Shown: piece by piece, positions 20,282 to 30,807 of the stretch
Position numbering within the stretch: position 1 is the first letter of the stretch
Layout: each line of letters starts with the position of its first letter
Assembly: GCA_045586685.1 (NCBI GenBank)
Contig: JAZNAU010000038.1
Coordinates: forward strand, 32,001-96,000
Origin: Clostridia bacterium
GTDB taxonomy: Bacteria; Bacillota; Clostridia; HGM11514
Direction: 5' to 3'
DNA: 64,000 nucleotides
The notes under the pieces: model-generated
Databases searched by the model: none
Told to the model about the DNA's origin: nothing
The model's input: the letters and a program-made list of their open reading frames with translations, nothing else
Translations under genes and position numbers: made by a program

Positions 20282-21157
20282 ATGGACATGAATCCCTTAG
20301 CAAACCCAAAAATTATTAAACATATCATGCAAAAAAACGGTTTGCAGTTTAACAAACGCTACGGTCAGAACTTTCTGACAGATGAAGGTGTATTGCATAC
20401 CATTGCAGACGGTGCCCGTATTTCAAACAAAAACGTTCTGGAAATCGGACCTGGTTTAGGAACTCTTACCTGGGAACTTGCCTCTCGGGCAAACAAGGTG
20501 GTTTCGGTTGAAATTGACAAAGGATTGACTGAAGTTCTGGAAGATACCTTACAGGAATTTGATAATGTCACGGTGCTCCATCAGGATATTTTAAAAACCG
20601 ATTTAAAGAAATTGGTAGAACAGGAATTCGGAGGAACACCCCCTACCCTTGCTGCCAATCTGCCTTATTACATCACCACCCCCATTATCATGTATCTGTT
20701 GGAATCAGGCATTTCCTTTCCCAACATAGTCATCATGATTCAGAAGGAGGTGGCAGAGCGTATTGCCGCCAAACCAGGCGGTAAGGATTACGGCGTACTG
20801 ACCATTGGGGTGAACTTTTACGCAGAACCCGAAATTCTTTGTCACGTTCCGGCAGAATCCTTTGTTCCAGCACCCAATGTTGATTCCGTGGTTCTCTCCT
20901 TAACCCCCAGACCCCACCCTACCTGTAAGCCTCAAAATGAGCAAGCATTTTTCACCGTAGTGAAAGGGGCATTTGCTCAGCGTAGAAAAACACTGTTAAA
21001 CTCCTTATGCGGTGCAGGTTGTTTCAAAGGCTCAAAGCAAGATATTGCCGCATCTGTTTTAGAAGCCGGAATCGATGCAGGACTTCGAGGTGAAGCTCTT
21101 TCCATGGAACAGCTCTGCAATTTAGCGGATGTTTTTTGCAAAAATAAGCTAATTTAA
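20282..21157 (+). CDS. rsmA: 16S rRNA dimethyladenosine transferase
   Basis: GQNFL, LEIGPGLG, ANLPYYIT, FVPAPNVDS and FAQRRKT motifs. Confidence 0.97.
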   Translation: MDMNPLANPKIIKHIMQKNGLQFNKRYGQNFLTDEGVLHTIADGARISNKNVLEIGPGLGTLTWELASRANKVVSVEIDKGLTEVLEDTLQEFDNVTVLHQDILKTDLKKLVEQEFGGTPPTLAANLPYYITTPIIMYLLESGISFPNIVIMIQKEVAERIAAKPGGKDYGVLTIGVNFYAEPEILCHVPAESFVPAPNVDSVVLSLTPRPHPTCKPQNEQAFFTVVKGAFAQRRKTLLNSLCGAGCFKGSKQDIAASVLEAGIDAGLRGEALSMEQLCNLADVFCKNKLI

Positions 21158-21297
21158 AATAAATTCTTACGTATTTTTTGGTTTTTTTGTATAATTTTTC
21201 TTAAAAAATAGAAAAATTTCAAAAAAACCATTTACTTTTTTGAGATTTTGTAGTATAATAAATACCAAATGGCGCTTTAACGAAAGGAGTTTTTATT

Positions 21298-23052
21298 ATG
21301 ACTAACAATAAAGCTGTTCTGGCATGGCTGGAAGAAATGAAAGCGATGACCAATCCGGATCAGGTAATCTGGTATACCGGCTCTGCTGAACAAAAAGCAG
21401 AATTGACAAAGCAGGCTGTGGCAGAAGGAACTTTGATTGAACTCAATCAGGAAAAATTGCCCGGTTGCTATCTGCACAGAACAAAGGAAAATGACGTAGC
21501 CCGCGTGGAAGACCGCACCTTCATCTGCACTACCAACAAAGAAGATGCAGGCCCCATCAACAACTGGATGGCTCCCGCTGATGCATACAAAATGCTGGGT
21601 GATTTGTATAAGGATTCCATGAAAGGCAAAACCATGTATGTAGTTCCCTTCATCATGGGTGTTCCCGGTTCCCCCTTTGCAAAGGTGGGTATCGAATTAA
21701 CCGACAGTATCTATGTTGTACTGAATATGGATATCATGACCCGTGCAGGGAATGTTGCTCTGGATGAACTGGGTGACAGTGATGATTTCACAAAGTGTCT
21801 CCATGCAAGCAAGGATATTAACGCTGATGAAAGATATATCGTTCACTTCCCTGAAGACAACACCATTTGGAGCATCAACTCCAACTATGGCGGTAACGTT
21901 TTGTTGGGCAAAAAATGTCTGGCTCTGAGAATTGCAAGCTATCTGGGTAAACAGGAAGGCTGGATGGCAGAACATATGCTCATCTTAGGTCTGGAAAATC
22001 CGAAAGGTGAAAAGCACTATATTGCTGCTGCATTCCCCAGTGCTTGCGGTAAGACCAATCTGGCAATGCTGATTCCTCCCCTGTCCGGTTACAAAGTAAC
22101 CACAGTTGGTGACGATATTGCATGGTTAAGAGTTGGTGAAGACGGAAGATTGTGGGCTGTGAATCCCGAAGCAGGTTTCTTCGGTGTTGCTCCCGGAACC
22201 TCCTCTAAAACAAACAAAAATGCTCTGGAAACAACCATGAGCAATACTATTTTCACAAATGTTGCCTTGAAGCCTGATGGTACTGTTTGGTGGGAAGGCA
22301 TGGACGGCGATGTCCCCGAAGAATGCATTGACTGGAAGGGAAACCCCTGGACAAAAGAAATGGGCGAGCAAGGCATCAAGGCTGCTCATCCCAACTCCAG
22401 ATTTACTGCTCCTGCGGCTCAATGCCCCTGCATTTCTCCTGAATTCAGCAGTCCTGCAGGTGTACCGATTTCTGCTATTGTATTTGGCGGAAGACGTGCA
22501 AAGACCGCTCCTTTGGTATATCAGTCCTTTAACTGGCAACATGGTGTATTTGTTGGTGCTACCATGGCTTCTGAAACCACTGCAGCTGCCGCTGGTGCTG
22601 TAGGTGTTATCAGACGCGACCCCATGGCAATGCGTCCTTTCACCGGTTACCACATGGGTGACTATTTCAAACATTGGCTGGAAATGGGCAAAAAGATTCC
22701 CAATGCTCCTAAGATTTTCCACGTTAACTGGTTTAAGCAAAATGATCAGGGTAAGTTTATCTGGCCCGGATTTGGTGATAACTTACGTGTACTGAACTGG
22801 ATTTTGGACCGTTGCGATGGTAAGGTTGATGCAACCGAAACTGCTATCGGTTATTTGCCCAAAGCAGAGGATCTGGATATTTCCGGTCTGAATCTGTCTG
22901 ATGAAGTAATGGCAGAATTACTGTCCGTTGACAAAAACGCATGGTTGGAAGATGTTGCAAACCAGAAAGAATTCTTTGCACCTTTGGGTGACAGAATGCC
23001 CGCTGAACTGTTGGAAGAACAGGCCGCTCTGGAAGCAAGACTGTCCAAATAA
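21298..23052 (+). CDS. pckG: Phosphoenolpyruvate carboxykinase (GTP-dependent)
   Basis: DVARVE, YGGNVLLGKKC, FPSACGKTN, GDDIAW, HPNSRF and RRDPMAM motifs. Confidence 0.96.
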   Translation: MTNNKAVLAWLEEMKAMTNPDQVIWYTGSAEQKAELTKQAVAEGTLIELNQEKLPGCYLHRTKENDVARVEDRTFICTTNKEDAGPINNWMAPADAYKMLGDLYKDSMKGKTMYVVPFIMGVPGSPFAKVGIELTDSIYVVLNMDIMTRAGNVALDELGDSDDFTKCLHASKDINADERYIVHFPEDNTIWSINSNYGGNVLLGKKCLALRIASYLGKQEGWMAEHMLILGLENPKGEKHYIAAAFPSACGKTNLAMLIPPLSGYKVTTVGDDIAWLRVGEDGRLWAVNPEAGFFGVAPGTSSKTNKNALETTMSNTIFTNVALKPDGTVWWEGMDGDVPEECIDWKGNPWTKEMGEQGIKAAHPNSRFTAPAAQCPCISPEFSSPAGVPISAIVFGGRRAKTAPLVYQSFNWQHGVFVGATMASETTAAAAGAVGVIRRDPMAMRPFTGYHMGDYFKHWLEMGKKIPNAPKIFHVNWFKQNDQGKFIWPGFGDNLRVLNWILDRCDGKVDATETAIGYLPKAEDLDISGLNLSDEVMAELLSVDKNAWLEDVANQKEFFAPLGDRMPAELLEEQAALEARLSK

Positions 23053-23067
23053 GTATAAAATCTCTTT

Positions 23068-23100
23068 AAAGGCAATCACACAGTAGTGATTGCCTTTTTT
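23068..23100 (+). terminator. Terminator after pckG
   Basis: AAAGGCAATCAC/GTGATTGCCTTT stem plus T-run. Confidence 0.85.
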
Positions 23101-23121
23101 ATGTATTTCAAACAAATTTAT

Positions 23122-23150
23122 TTGACAGTTTTTTTGTTTTATGGTATAAT
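23122..23150 (+). promoter_or_regulatory. Sigma-A promoter of the GH26-like gene
   Basis: TTGACA-17-TATAAT with extended TG. Confidence 0.8.
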
Positions 23151-23161
23151 AATTTTATGTT

Positions 23162-24847
23162 ATGGGAAAGGATTTTGTCAGTATGAAACGCAGAAAAATT
23201 TTTCTTTATGTATTTGGAATTTTAATGATTGCTATGGTAGCACTTGCCGGAAGCAAGGGCTTTTTTTCTGATCCCGCCTATTTTATGGAAAGGCTGACTC
23301 ATAAAGTACAACAAAAATATTATGCCTTGACAAAATCGGAGCCCGAAATTCAGGAGGAAATTATCACCACGGCTGACCACCATAAGGTATTGGTGGATCA
23401 TCCAAAGGGCTACAGTGTTGCCTTCCCTGAAAACATGAGCTTTGACCGCTCTATTGCCCCTGAACAAATTAAGGCATATAATGATTCCGTAACTGTTGTT
23501 GTCACTCGGGAATGGGCACCTTATGAAGATGTATTTTTCTTTATAGACCATTATCTGAACAATTATTACTTAAACGAAACCTTTATTGCCCAAAACAACA
23601 TTTCCATTGAACGGAACGAAACCTTTCAAATGGAAAACGGTGCCAGAGCACAACTTATTTCCCTTACCCGCACCCCTTCGGAAGGCTCAAAAGTTACCCA
23701 AAACGCATATACCTACTTTTTTGTTGAATCCATAACGGGAAAACAAGCATTTTTCCGTATGATGTTTAAAGGAAAAAGTCACGAGGAACTGAACCCAATC
23801 GTTGAAGAAGCCGTTTCTTCCTTTGAGGAAATTTCCATAAAGGGTGGAAATGTATTTCATGCTGATTTTGCTCCCGTCATTCCTGAAAGCTGGAATAAAG
23901 AAACCACTGAGCTTTATAAAAATATCAAAACCTCAAAAGATATGAAATGGGGTTTATTTGTGGACGGCTCTTATACTGATGATAAAAAATATCAATGGTT
24001 TGATGATTTGGAAAAGAAGGTTGACTATACCTTTGATTTCAGCCTTCACTATGTAAACTTAAATCATGGTTTTCCTGTGGAAGAATTACAAAAAATGTAC
24101 GATAAAGGAAAACTGACCGAGCTTACCCTGCAAATTTCTTATCATGCCAACGACAATTTGTTTGGTAAAAACATCAATCTGGATTTGTATGACGGAATGT
24201 ATGATGAAGAAATCCGTGAATTTGCCCGCGGTGCAAAAGAGTTTGGTCATCCTTTCCTATTCCGCTTAAATAACGAAATGAACAGTGATTGGGTGAATTA
24301 CTCCGGCGTTGCCGCCCTTTCCGATCCGGATATTTTTATTGACAACTGGCAGAGAATTTACCGGATTTTTGAAGAAGAAGGGGTTGACAATGCCATCTGG
24401 ATTTTTAATCCTAATGCAGAGGATTGCCCTCCCTGTCATTGGAACTCGTACATTTCTTATTATCCAGGAAATGAATATGTTCACATGATTGGTCTGACAG
24501 GATATAATACGGGCACTTATTATGCCGAATTGTATCATGAAAAATGGCGTACTTTTGATGAAATCTATCGGGAGCCTTATGACAAATATATGAATGTATT
24601 TTCTGAATTCCCCTTTATTATTACCGAATTCGCCTCAAGCTCAAAAGGCGGTGACAAAGCAGAATGGATTACACAGATGTTTTCCTCTATGAAAGAGTAT
24701 CCCAATATTAAAATGGCTCTTTGGTGGTCCAGTGCCGACTACGATATGAGGGAGGAGTTTTATAAAACCTTAGCCCGACCCTACTGGTTGGACGAGACGG
24801 AAGAAACCACAAATGCATTCCGCGAAGGAGTCAAGGAATATAAATAA
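23162..24847 (+). CDS. Membrane-anchored or secreted glycoside hydrolase family 26-like protein
   Basis: N-terminal hydrophobic anchor; RLNNEMNSDW (acid/base), YYPGNEYVHMIGLTGYN and IITEFAS (nucleophile). Confidence 0.75.
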   Translation: MGKDFVSMKRRKIFLYVFGILMIAMVALAGSKGFFSDPAYFMERLTHKVQQKYYALTKSEPEIQEEIITTADHHKVLVDHPKGYSVAFPENMSFDRSIAPEQIKAYNDSVTVVVTREWAPYEDVFFFIDHYLNNYYLNETFIAQNNISIERNETFQMENGARAQLISLTRTPSEGSKVTQNAYTYFFVESITGKQAFFRMMFKGKSHEELNPIVEEAVSSFEEISIKGGNVFHADFAPVIPESWNKETTELYKNIKTSKDMKWGLFVDGSYTDDKKYQWFDDLEKKVDYTFDFSLHYVNLNHGFPVEELQKMYDKGKLTELTLQISYHANDNLFGKNINLDLYDGMYDEEIREFARGAKEFGHPFLFRLNNEMNSDWVNYSGVAALSDPDIFIDNWQRIYRIFEEEGVDNAIWIFNPNAEDCPPCHWNSYISYYPGNEYVHMIGLTGYNTGTYYAELYHEKWRTFDEIYREPYDKYMNVFSEFPFIITEFASSSKGGDKAEWITQMFSSMKEYPNIKMALWWSSADYDMREEFYKTLARPYWLDETEETTNAFREGVKEYK

Positions 24848-24868
24848 ACCACAAATGGAGGGAATTCT

Positions 24869-25978
24869 ATGTTTGGTCCAAAGAACAGACAATTGGGATT
24901 TGGTTTTATGCGTCTTCCCATGAACGATAATGATGTAGATTATGCCCTGACATGTCGCATGGTGGATTATTTTATAGAAAACGGTTTTTGCTATTTTGAT
25001 ACTGCAAAGGGGTATCTTGACGGAAAAAGCGAAATTGCGATTCAAAAATGCCTGACCTCTCGTTATCCGAGAGAACGCTATCTTCTGGCGAACAAGCTTT
25101 CCACCAATTTTTTTGAATCAAAGGAAGAAATCCGTCCCCTCTTTGAAGAACAGCTAAAAGCCTGCGGTGTGGATTATTTTGATTTTTATCTGATGCATTG
25201 TCAAAATAAAATGTTATATGAAAAGTATAAAAAATGCGAAGCATACGAAACAGCATTGGAATTGAAAAAAGAGGGAAAATTTAAGCATTTTGGCATTTCC
25301 TTTCACGATACACCTGAAATGCTGGAGCAAATTTTAATGGAGTATCCTCAAATTGAGGTAGTGCAGATTCAGTTTAATTATGCCGATTATGAAAGTCCGT
25401 TGATTCAATCAAGAAGATGCTACGAGGTATGCCGTAAATTTAATAAACCGGTTATTGTTATGGAACCGGTCAAGGGCGGCAGTCTTGTCAATCTCCCCCA
25501 TCAGGCAAAAAAAGTTCTGGAGGAGCTTCAGAGCGGCAGTGTGGCAAGTTTTGCTATTCGATTTGCAGCGGGCTTTGAAGAAGTGAAAATGGTACTCTCA
25601 GGTATGGGCAGTATGGAAATAATGACGGATAATGTAAAATCAATAATGAATTTTTCTCCTTTGGACAAAAAAGAACAAGAAACAATCAAACAGGTATGCT
25701 CCATTCTTGATTCTGAGAATTTGATTGCTTGTACCTCCTGCCGTTACTGCACAGAGGGCTGTCCGAAAAATATTCTGATTTCTGATTTATTTGCATGTAT
25801 GAATAACAAATCCATATGGAAAAATTGGAGTGGAAGGTATTTTTACAACATTTATACCAAAAACAACGGAAAGGCAAAGGATTGTATTGGTTGCGGAAAA
25901 TGCGAACAGAGTTGTCCTCAACAGCTACCCATCCGCACACTGTTAAAAGACGTATCAAAGGAATTTGATCAATCATAA
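24869..25978 (+). CDS. Aldo/keto reductase with C-terminal 4Fe-4S dicluster
   Basis: LGFGFMRLP, YFDTA, VMEPVKGG, CTSCRYC and CIGCGKCEQSCPQ motifs. Confidence 0.92.
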   Translation: MFGPKNRQLGFGFMRLPMNDNDVDYALTCRMVDYFIENGFCYFDTAKGYLDGKSEIAIQKCLTSRYPRERYLLANKLSTNFFESKEEIRPLFEEQLKACGVDYFDFYLMHCQNKMLYEKYKKCEAYETALELKKEGKFKHFGISFHDTPEMLEQILMEYPQIEVVQIQFNYADYESPLIQSRRCYEVCRKFNKPVIVMEPVKGGSLVNLPHQAKKVLEELQSGSVASFAIRFAAGFEEVKMVLSGMGSMEIMTDNVKSIMNFSPLDKKEQETIKQVCSILDSENLIACTSCRYCTEGCPKNILISDLFACMNNKSIWKNWSGRYFYNIYTKNNGKAKDCIGCGKCEQSCPQQLPIRTLLKDVSKEFDQS

Positions 25979-25984
25979 AAATGG

Positions 25985-26023
25985 AAAGGGTTTGTAGTAA
26001 AATTTTGCTGCAAACCCTTTTTT
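25985..26023 (+). terminator. Terminator between convergent genes
   Basis: AAAGGGTTTGTAG/CTGCAAACCCTTT stem plus T-run. Confidence 0.75.
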
Positions 26024-26026
26024 ATT

Positions 26027-27358
26027 TTATCGAGATGGGCGATCAAAAAAATCTTTTGTCAGCTCTTTTACTCTATTACTTAGGAAAAACAAGGCAATCA
26101 GGTTGGGTACTGCCATAAGTCCGTTAAAAAAATCTGCCAGCTCCCAAACGGTTGTCAGCCTCATGACACACCCAAAAAATATTAAAATAATATAAATACC
26201 CCGATACCAGGCAAGAGCCTCCCCTCCTACCAGATACTCCATACAGGTTTCACCGTAATAATACCATGCGATAACGGTTGCAAAGGCAAACAAGGTAAGA
26301 GAAAAAGGAACCACAAATTTCCCTAAAGGAAATGCGCAAGAAAAAACAGATTGTAATAACAATTCCCCTGATTGCTCCAAATACAACTGCGAACTTAACA
26401 AAACAAGGGCGGTAACAGTGCACATGACAATGGTATCAAAAAATACTTCAAAAGCACCCCACATCCCCTGTCTGACAGGGTGGTCTGTATTTGCGGTAGA
26501 ATGAGCAATGGGAGCACTTCCCAACCCCGCTTCATTGGTAAATATTCCACGGGCAACACCTATACGGATTGCCTTTCCAATTCCTGTTCCCATCAAACCA
26601 CCCCCTACAGCCTGTACCGTAAATGCATTACGAAAAATCATGGAAAACGCATTTCCGATTCCCGCTCTTTGCTGAAACAACACGATCCCCGCACTTATCA
26701 TATAAAAAAGTGCCATAAAGGGCACCAGAAATGATGTGACACCGGCAATTCTCTGCATTCCGCCAATCAGCACCAGACCTGCAAGGAGAGCCGCAATCAA
26801 TCCCGTCATCCAAAAAGGAATGCCAAACACCTGATAAAGTCCTCCTGCCATGGCATTGGACTGCACCATGTTTCCAACACCAAAGGAACAAAAAACACCA
26901 AATACACAAAATAAAAAGCTGAGCTTTTTGCTTCCAAGTCCTTTTTCTATGTAATACATCGGACCTCCCTTCCATTCCCCACTTTTATTTTTTTCACGAT
27001 ATGCAACAGCCAATGTAACCTCCGAAAATTTAGTCATCATCCCAATCAGGGCAGAAACCCACATCCAAAAGATCGCTCCTGCTCCCCCTTGCATCAAGGC
27101 AACCGAAACACCTACAATATTTCCCGTTCCCACCGTTGCCGCCAGAGCCGTTGACAATGCCTGAAAAGAAGAAATCTCTCCCTTTGTCCCCTTCGAGGGC
27201 CTGAACAAGGAGAAAAGAGTGGAAGAAAGCACCGTTTTCCATTTGCGAAATAATATTCCTTTGGTATTTCCAATTAAATATATCCCACATCCTGACATGA
27301 GAATCATCATAGGAATTCCCCATAATATGGTTTCGTTCCACCATTGTAATAGTTTCAT
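26027..27358 (-). CDS. Sodium:alanine/glycine symporter (AGCS family)
   Basis: ALAATVGTGNI, GGAGAIFWMW, GGPMYY and FTNEAGLGSAPIAH motifs. Confidence 0.93.
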   Translation of the reverse strand: MKLLQWWNETILWGIPMMILMSGCGIYLIGNTKGILFRKWKTVLSSTLFSLFRPSKGTKGEISSFQALSTALAATVGTGNIVGVSVALMQGGAGAIFWMWVSALIGMMTKFSEVTLAVAYREKNKSGEWKGGPMYYIEKGLGSKKLSFLFCVFGVFCSFGVGNMVQSNAMAGGLYQVFGIPFWMTGLIAALLAGLVLIGGMQRIAGVTSFLVPFMALFYMISAGIVLFQQRAGIGNAFSMIFRNAFTVQAVGGGLMGTGIGKAIRIGVARGIFTNEAGLGSAPIAHSTANTDHPVRQGMWGAFEVFFDTIVMCTVTALVLLSSQLYLEQSGELLLQSVFSCAFPLGKFVVPFSLTLFAFATVIAWYYYGETCMEYLVGGEALAWYRGIYIILIFFGCVMRLTTVWELADFFNGLMAVPNLIALFFLSNRVKELTKDFFDRPSR

Positions 27359-27380
27359 TTTATTTCACCCCTCTCCTCTT

Positions 27381-27409
27381 ACAGTATGAAAAAAAGGAGA
27401 AGTTTATGA
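27381..27409 (-). promoter_or_regulatory. Sigma-E-type promoter of the AGCS gene
   Basis: TCATAAA ... CATACTGT, same layout as the SipL-like and spoIIM promoters. Confidence 0.55.
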
Positions 27410-27410
27410 A

Positions 27411-27444
27411 AAAAAGCCAATGTCAACACGACATCGGCTTTTCG
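27411..27444 (-). terminator. Terminator of the his operon
   Basis: AAAAGCCGATGTC/GACATTGGCTTTT stem plus T-run. Confidence 0.7.
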
Positions 27445-27446
27445 TA

Positions 27447-28067
27447 TTATCTTCTGTCTTTTAGTTCTTTAAATACATCCTCGTAAGAAACTCCCTGTTG
27501 TGCAAGAAGTACAGTCAGGTGATACAACAAATCTGCAGTTTCAGCAGCAATCTCGGCTTTATCGTTATTTTTTGCCGCTAAAATGGTTTCTACACACTCT
27601 TCCCCAACTTTTTTGGCAATCTTATCAATTCCCGCATCCAATAAATAATTGGTATAAGAACCGGGTTGAGGGTTTTGTTGTCTGTCTTGCACCACGTCAT
27701 AGAGTTCTGTAAGCATATTGGCAGTTTCCACACCTGTTTCGTTCCAATTTCCTTCTTCATACTTTCGATAAAAACAGGATTTATTTCCGGTGTGGCAAGC
27801 AGCTCCCGTCTGTTCCACACGAATTAGCAAACAATCACCGTCACAATCAAGTCTTACAGACACCACCTTTTGAATATTTCCGGAGGTATCTCCCTTTCTC
27901 CATCGTTCCTGACGGCTTCTGCTATAAAACACCGTTCTGCCCGTTTCTATGGTTTCTTGTAGGGTTTCTTCATTCATGTAGGCTACCATTAACACCTGAT
28001 CGGTATCATCATCCTGAATGACTGCGGGAATCAATCCGTTCTGATCATAATTTATCATATTCCTCAT
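27447..28067 (-). CDS. hisIE: Bifunctional PR-AMP cyclohydrolase / PR-ATP pyrophosphatase
   Basis: SRSR...KGDTSGN, DCDGD, ACHTG...SCF, GSYT and KKVGEE motifs. Confidence 0.95.
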   Translation of the reverse strand: MRNMINYDQNGLIPAVIQDDDTDQVLMVAYMNEETLQETIETGRTVFYSRSRQERWRKGDTSGNIQKVVSVRLDCDGDCLLIRVEQTGAACHTGNKSCFYRKYEEGNWNETGVETANMLTELYDVVQDRQQNPQPGSYTNYLLDAGIDKIAKKVGEECVETILAAKNNDKAEIAAETADLLYHLTVLLAQQGVSYEDVFKELKDRR

Positions 28068-28783
28068 CCTTTCAATTCCTTTACCGCTTCTGTTAAATTG
28101 ATGGTTTTTTGATACAGTGCCTTTCCAATAATAGCACCTGCAGCGCCCGTTTTTTGAATTTCGGCCAAGTCCTCTATTCTTGCAACACCGCCTGAGGCAA
28201 TCACACCAACCTTTGGGACTGCTTGGACCATGGCGGCAAGCCCTTTTACATTGGGACCGCACATCATACCATCTGTATCAATATCGGTGTAAATAATATG
28301 TTTTACACCAATTTGTTCCATTTCTTTTGCAAATGTAACCGCATCCGTATCACTTACCTCAAGCCAACCGGAAACGGCAACCAAACCGTCTTTCGCATCA
28401 ATTCCAACGGCAATTTTTTCCCCGTATTTTTCCACCGCTTGACAAACAAAATCAGGATTTTTCAAAGCGGCAGTGCCTAAAATGGCACGGGCAACCCCCA
28501 TGGAAAAATACCGTTCCAACTGCTCCATAGATCGAATCCCTCCGCCTAATTCCACAGGAATATCCAAGGCATTCACAATATTTTCAATCACAGTAGCATT
28601 TTTTGAAACACCGTCTTTTGCACCGTCCAAATCAACCAGATGCAGAAACTCTCCCCCCATGTTTTGCCACATAAGTGCTGTTTCCACAGGGTTTTCAAAA
28701 TAGACCGTCTTTTGGTCAAAATCTCCTTTTTTCAGTCGCACACAACATCCGTCTTTTAAATCTATTGCAGGATACAGTATCAT
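28064..28783 (-). CDS. hisA: ProFAR isomerase
   Basis: [27 protein letters not shown] and IASGG motifs. Confidence 0.95.
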   Translation of the reverse strand: MILYPAIDLKDGCCVRLKKGDFDQKTVYFENPVETALMWQNMGGEFLHLVDLDGAKDGVSKNATVIENIVNALDIPVELGGGIRSMEQLERYFSMGVARAILGTAALKNPDFVCQAVEKYGEKIAVGIDAKDGLVAVSGWLEVSDTDAVTFAKEMEQIGVKHIIYTDIDTDGMMCGPNVKGLAAMVQAVPKVGVIASGGVARIEDLAEIQKTGAAGAIIGKALYQKTINLTEAVKELKG

Positions 28784-29415
28784 TCAATCAGTCCTTTCAG
28801 CTTGTTCACAACCTCTAAAATCCGTTCTCGTTCCAGTTTGGCACTGACTCGGTTCACCACCAGCCTTGCAGATAATTCGCAAATGGTTTCCAGCACCTCA
28901 AGACCGTTTTCTTTTAAGGTAGCTCCACTTTCTACAATGTCCACAATGACCTCGCTGAGTCCTACCAAGGGCGCCAACTCTACCGAACCGTTCAATTTAA
29001 TCACTTCAATGGTCTGTCCCTTTTTTATTTGAAAATAATTTTTTGCAATATGAGGATATTTGCTTGCTACACGAAGGTTATGAGAGGAATGTAAGGAATC
29101 TGCCATACTGGGCGGTCCTGCTACAGCCATACGGCAAGCTCCAAATTTCAAATCCAGCATTTCATATAAATTTCTGCCTTCCTCAAGCAAGGTATCCTTT
29201 CCCACAATTCCCATATCTGCTGCACCATATTCTACATAAACAGGAACATCTGATGCTTTTACCAGAATAAATTTGAATTTATGGGTTTCATCCGTAAAAA
29301 TCAGCTTTCTGGTTTTGGTTTTCATTTCAGCGCACTCAAATCCCAACTGTTCAAAAAGGCTGATGGCAAAATCCGCAAGTCGCCCCTTTGCCAATGCTAC
29401 AGTAATATATTTCAT
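28780..29415 (-). CDS. hisG: ATP phosphoribosyltransferase, short form
   Basis: [22 protein letters not shown] and [16 protein letters not shown] motifs. Confidence 0.96.
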   Translation of the reverse strand: MKYITVALAKGRLADFAISLFEQLGFECAEMKTKTRKLIFTDETHKFKFILVKASDVPVYVEYGAADMGIVGKDTLLEEGRNLYEMLDLKFGACRMAVAGPPSMADSLHSSHNLRVASKYPHIAKNYFQIKKGQTIEVIKLNGSVELAPLVGLSEVIVDIVESGATLKENGLEVLETICELSARLVVNRVSAKLERERILEVVNKLKGLIE

Positions 29416-30635
29416 GCAAGCACGCCTCCTTCCATAAGCTGTTCATTTCCTGATACCATGTCACATTTTGTAATTCCCTTTTCATCACAACGATAAAGGG
29501 CTGGAATTCCTTTTTCTCTTGCGTAATTAACAGGGTCTTCTTCCCCCAAATAGTATTCTGTCCGAATACCGGAGGCTCTTAGCTGTTCAGCAAGACAGCG
29601 TGCTGTTTTACTATCTCTTCCGAACACAAGAGCACCAACGCTTTCTAACTCGCTTACAACACCTTGTCGATACAGAGCATCAGCAAGCAAGTCTAGATAA
29701 AGTGCTGCTCCCGTTGCGGGGCTGTCTTTTCCAAACCGACTCATCAATCCATCATACCGTCCCCCCGCACAAACCTCAAAACCAACGCCACGTGCAAAAC
29801 CCTTAAAAATAATTCCTGTATAATAATCCAAACTTTGCACCATTGCCAAATCAAGAGAAACATAGTCGGATAAACCATATTCTTCCAATATGGTATATAC
29901 TTCCCGCAAGTTTTTAATTGCTGCCTCTGCCCGTTTTCCGGTAGTCAGCTTTTCTGCCTGTTCCAACACTTCTGCACCGCCAAACAAAGAAGGCATCTGC
30001 AAAATCAGCTCTGCCTGTTCAGTAGGAACATTACAGTGATTTAATAATTCCTGTACCCCAAAAATATTTTTTTGGTCAATAAATACTCTGATTTGCTCCG
30101 TAATCTCTGGCTCAAGTCCGGTCTGCTCCATCAGTTCCTTAAATATTTCCACCTGACCGATTTCAATCTGAAACTCCTTCAATCCGCATGCAAGCATACT
30201 GCGGATTGAGGCGGCAATGACCTCGGCATCTGCCTCGGCACCTTTTAAACCAATCAACTCAATTCCCGCTTGAGAGGTTTCACAGGGGCGAATTCCGCCT
30301 TGATAATTACGAAACACTTTACCCGCATAACACAGCTTTTGAATGTCACCGTTCAATTTGGTGGCAGTCAGTCGTGCAAGGGGTGTGGTCAAGTCGGGGC
30401 GAAGAACCAGAATTCTTCCTTCCCGATCAAAAAACTTAATCATCTTTTCCTGAGTCAGTAATCCCTGACCCCCTTCAAACACATCGTAATATTCAATTTC
30501 CGGAGTCGTTACCTCCGTATATCCATATCCGGAAAACACTTGCATCACATCATTTCGCACCTTACGAATCCGATAGGCTTCCCTTTGAAGCAGATCCGAG
30601 GTTCCCTCCGGAGTATGCAGTCTTCTGCTCAGCAT
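29412..30635 (-). CDS. hisZ: ATP phosphoribosyltransferase regulatory subunit
   Basis: HisRS-like [25 protein letters not shown] and GGRYD; adjacent to short hisG. Confidence 0.93.
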   Translation of the reverse strand: MLSRRLHTPEGTSDLLQREAYRIRKVRNDVMQVFSGYGYTEVTTPEIEYYDVFEGGQGLLTQEKMIKFFDREGRILVLRPDLTTPLARLTATKLNGDIQKLCYAGKVFRNYQGGIRPCETSQAGIELIGLKGAEADAEVIAASIRSMLACGLKEFQIEIGQVEIFKELMEQTGLEPEITEQIRVFIDQKNIFGVQELLNHCNVPTEQAELILQMPSLFGGAEVLEQAEKLTTGKRAEAAIKNLREVYTILEEYGLSDYVSLDLAMVQSLDYYTGIIFKGFARGVGFEVCAGGRYDGLMSRFGKDSPATGAALYLDLLADALYRQGVVSELESVGALVFGRDSKTARCLAEQLRASGIRTEYYLGEEDPVNYAREKGIPALYRCDEKGITKCDMVSGNEQLMEGGVLA

Positions 30636-30655
30636 AATATCTCTCCTTACTTTAT

Positions 30656-30704
30656 TGCTTTATCTAACTAAAGTAATTATACTCTATTTTTTTCCCTTTG
30701 TCAA
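30656..30704 (-). promoter_or_regulatory. his promoter with HisR-type palindromic operator
   Basis: TTGACA-17-TATAAT (30704-30676); TGCTTTA-N6-TAAAGTA palindrome (30656-30675) over the transcription start region. Confidence 0.75.
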
Positions 30705-30807
30705 GAGTTTTTTTAAGAAAAATGGATTTTTCCCTTGAAAATAATTGCACATAGTTTTTTTTTATGTTATAATTAAAAGATAGAAAACAAAAAGGGATGT
30801 GAACTCC

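Noticed and set aside
22126-22740. 204-aa antisense ORF in pckG
   Set aside because: Shadow ORF caused by strong codon bias; no motifs or RBS
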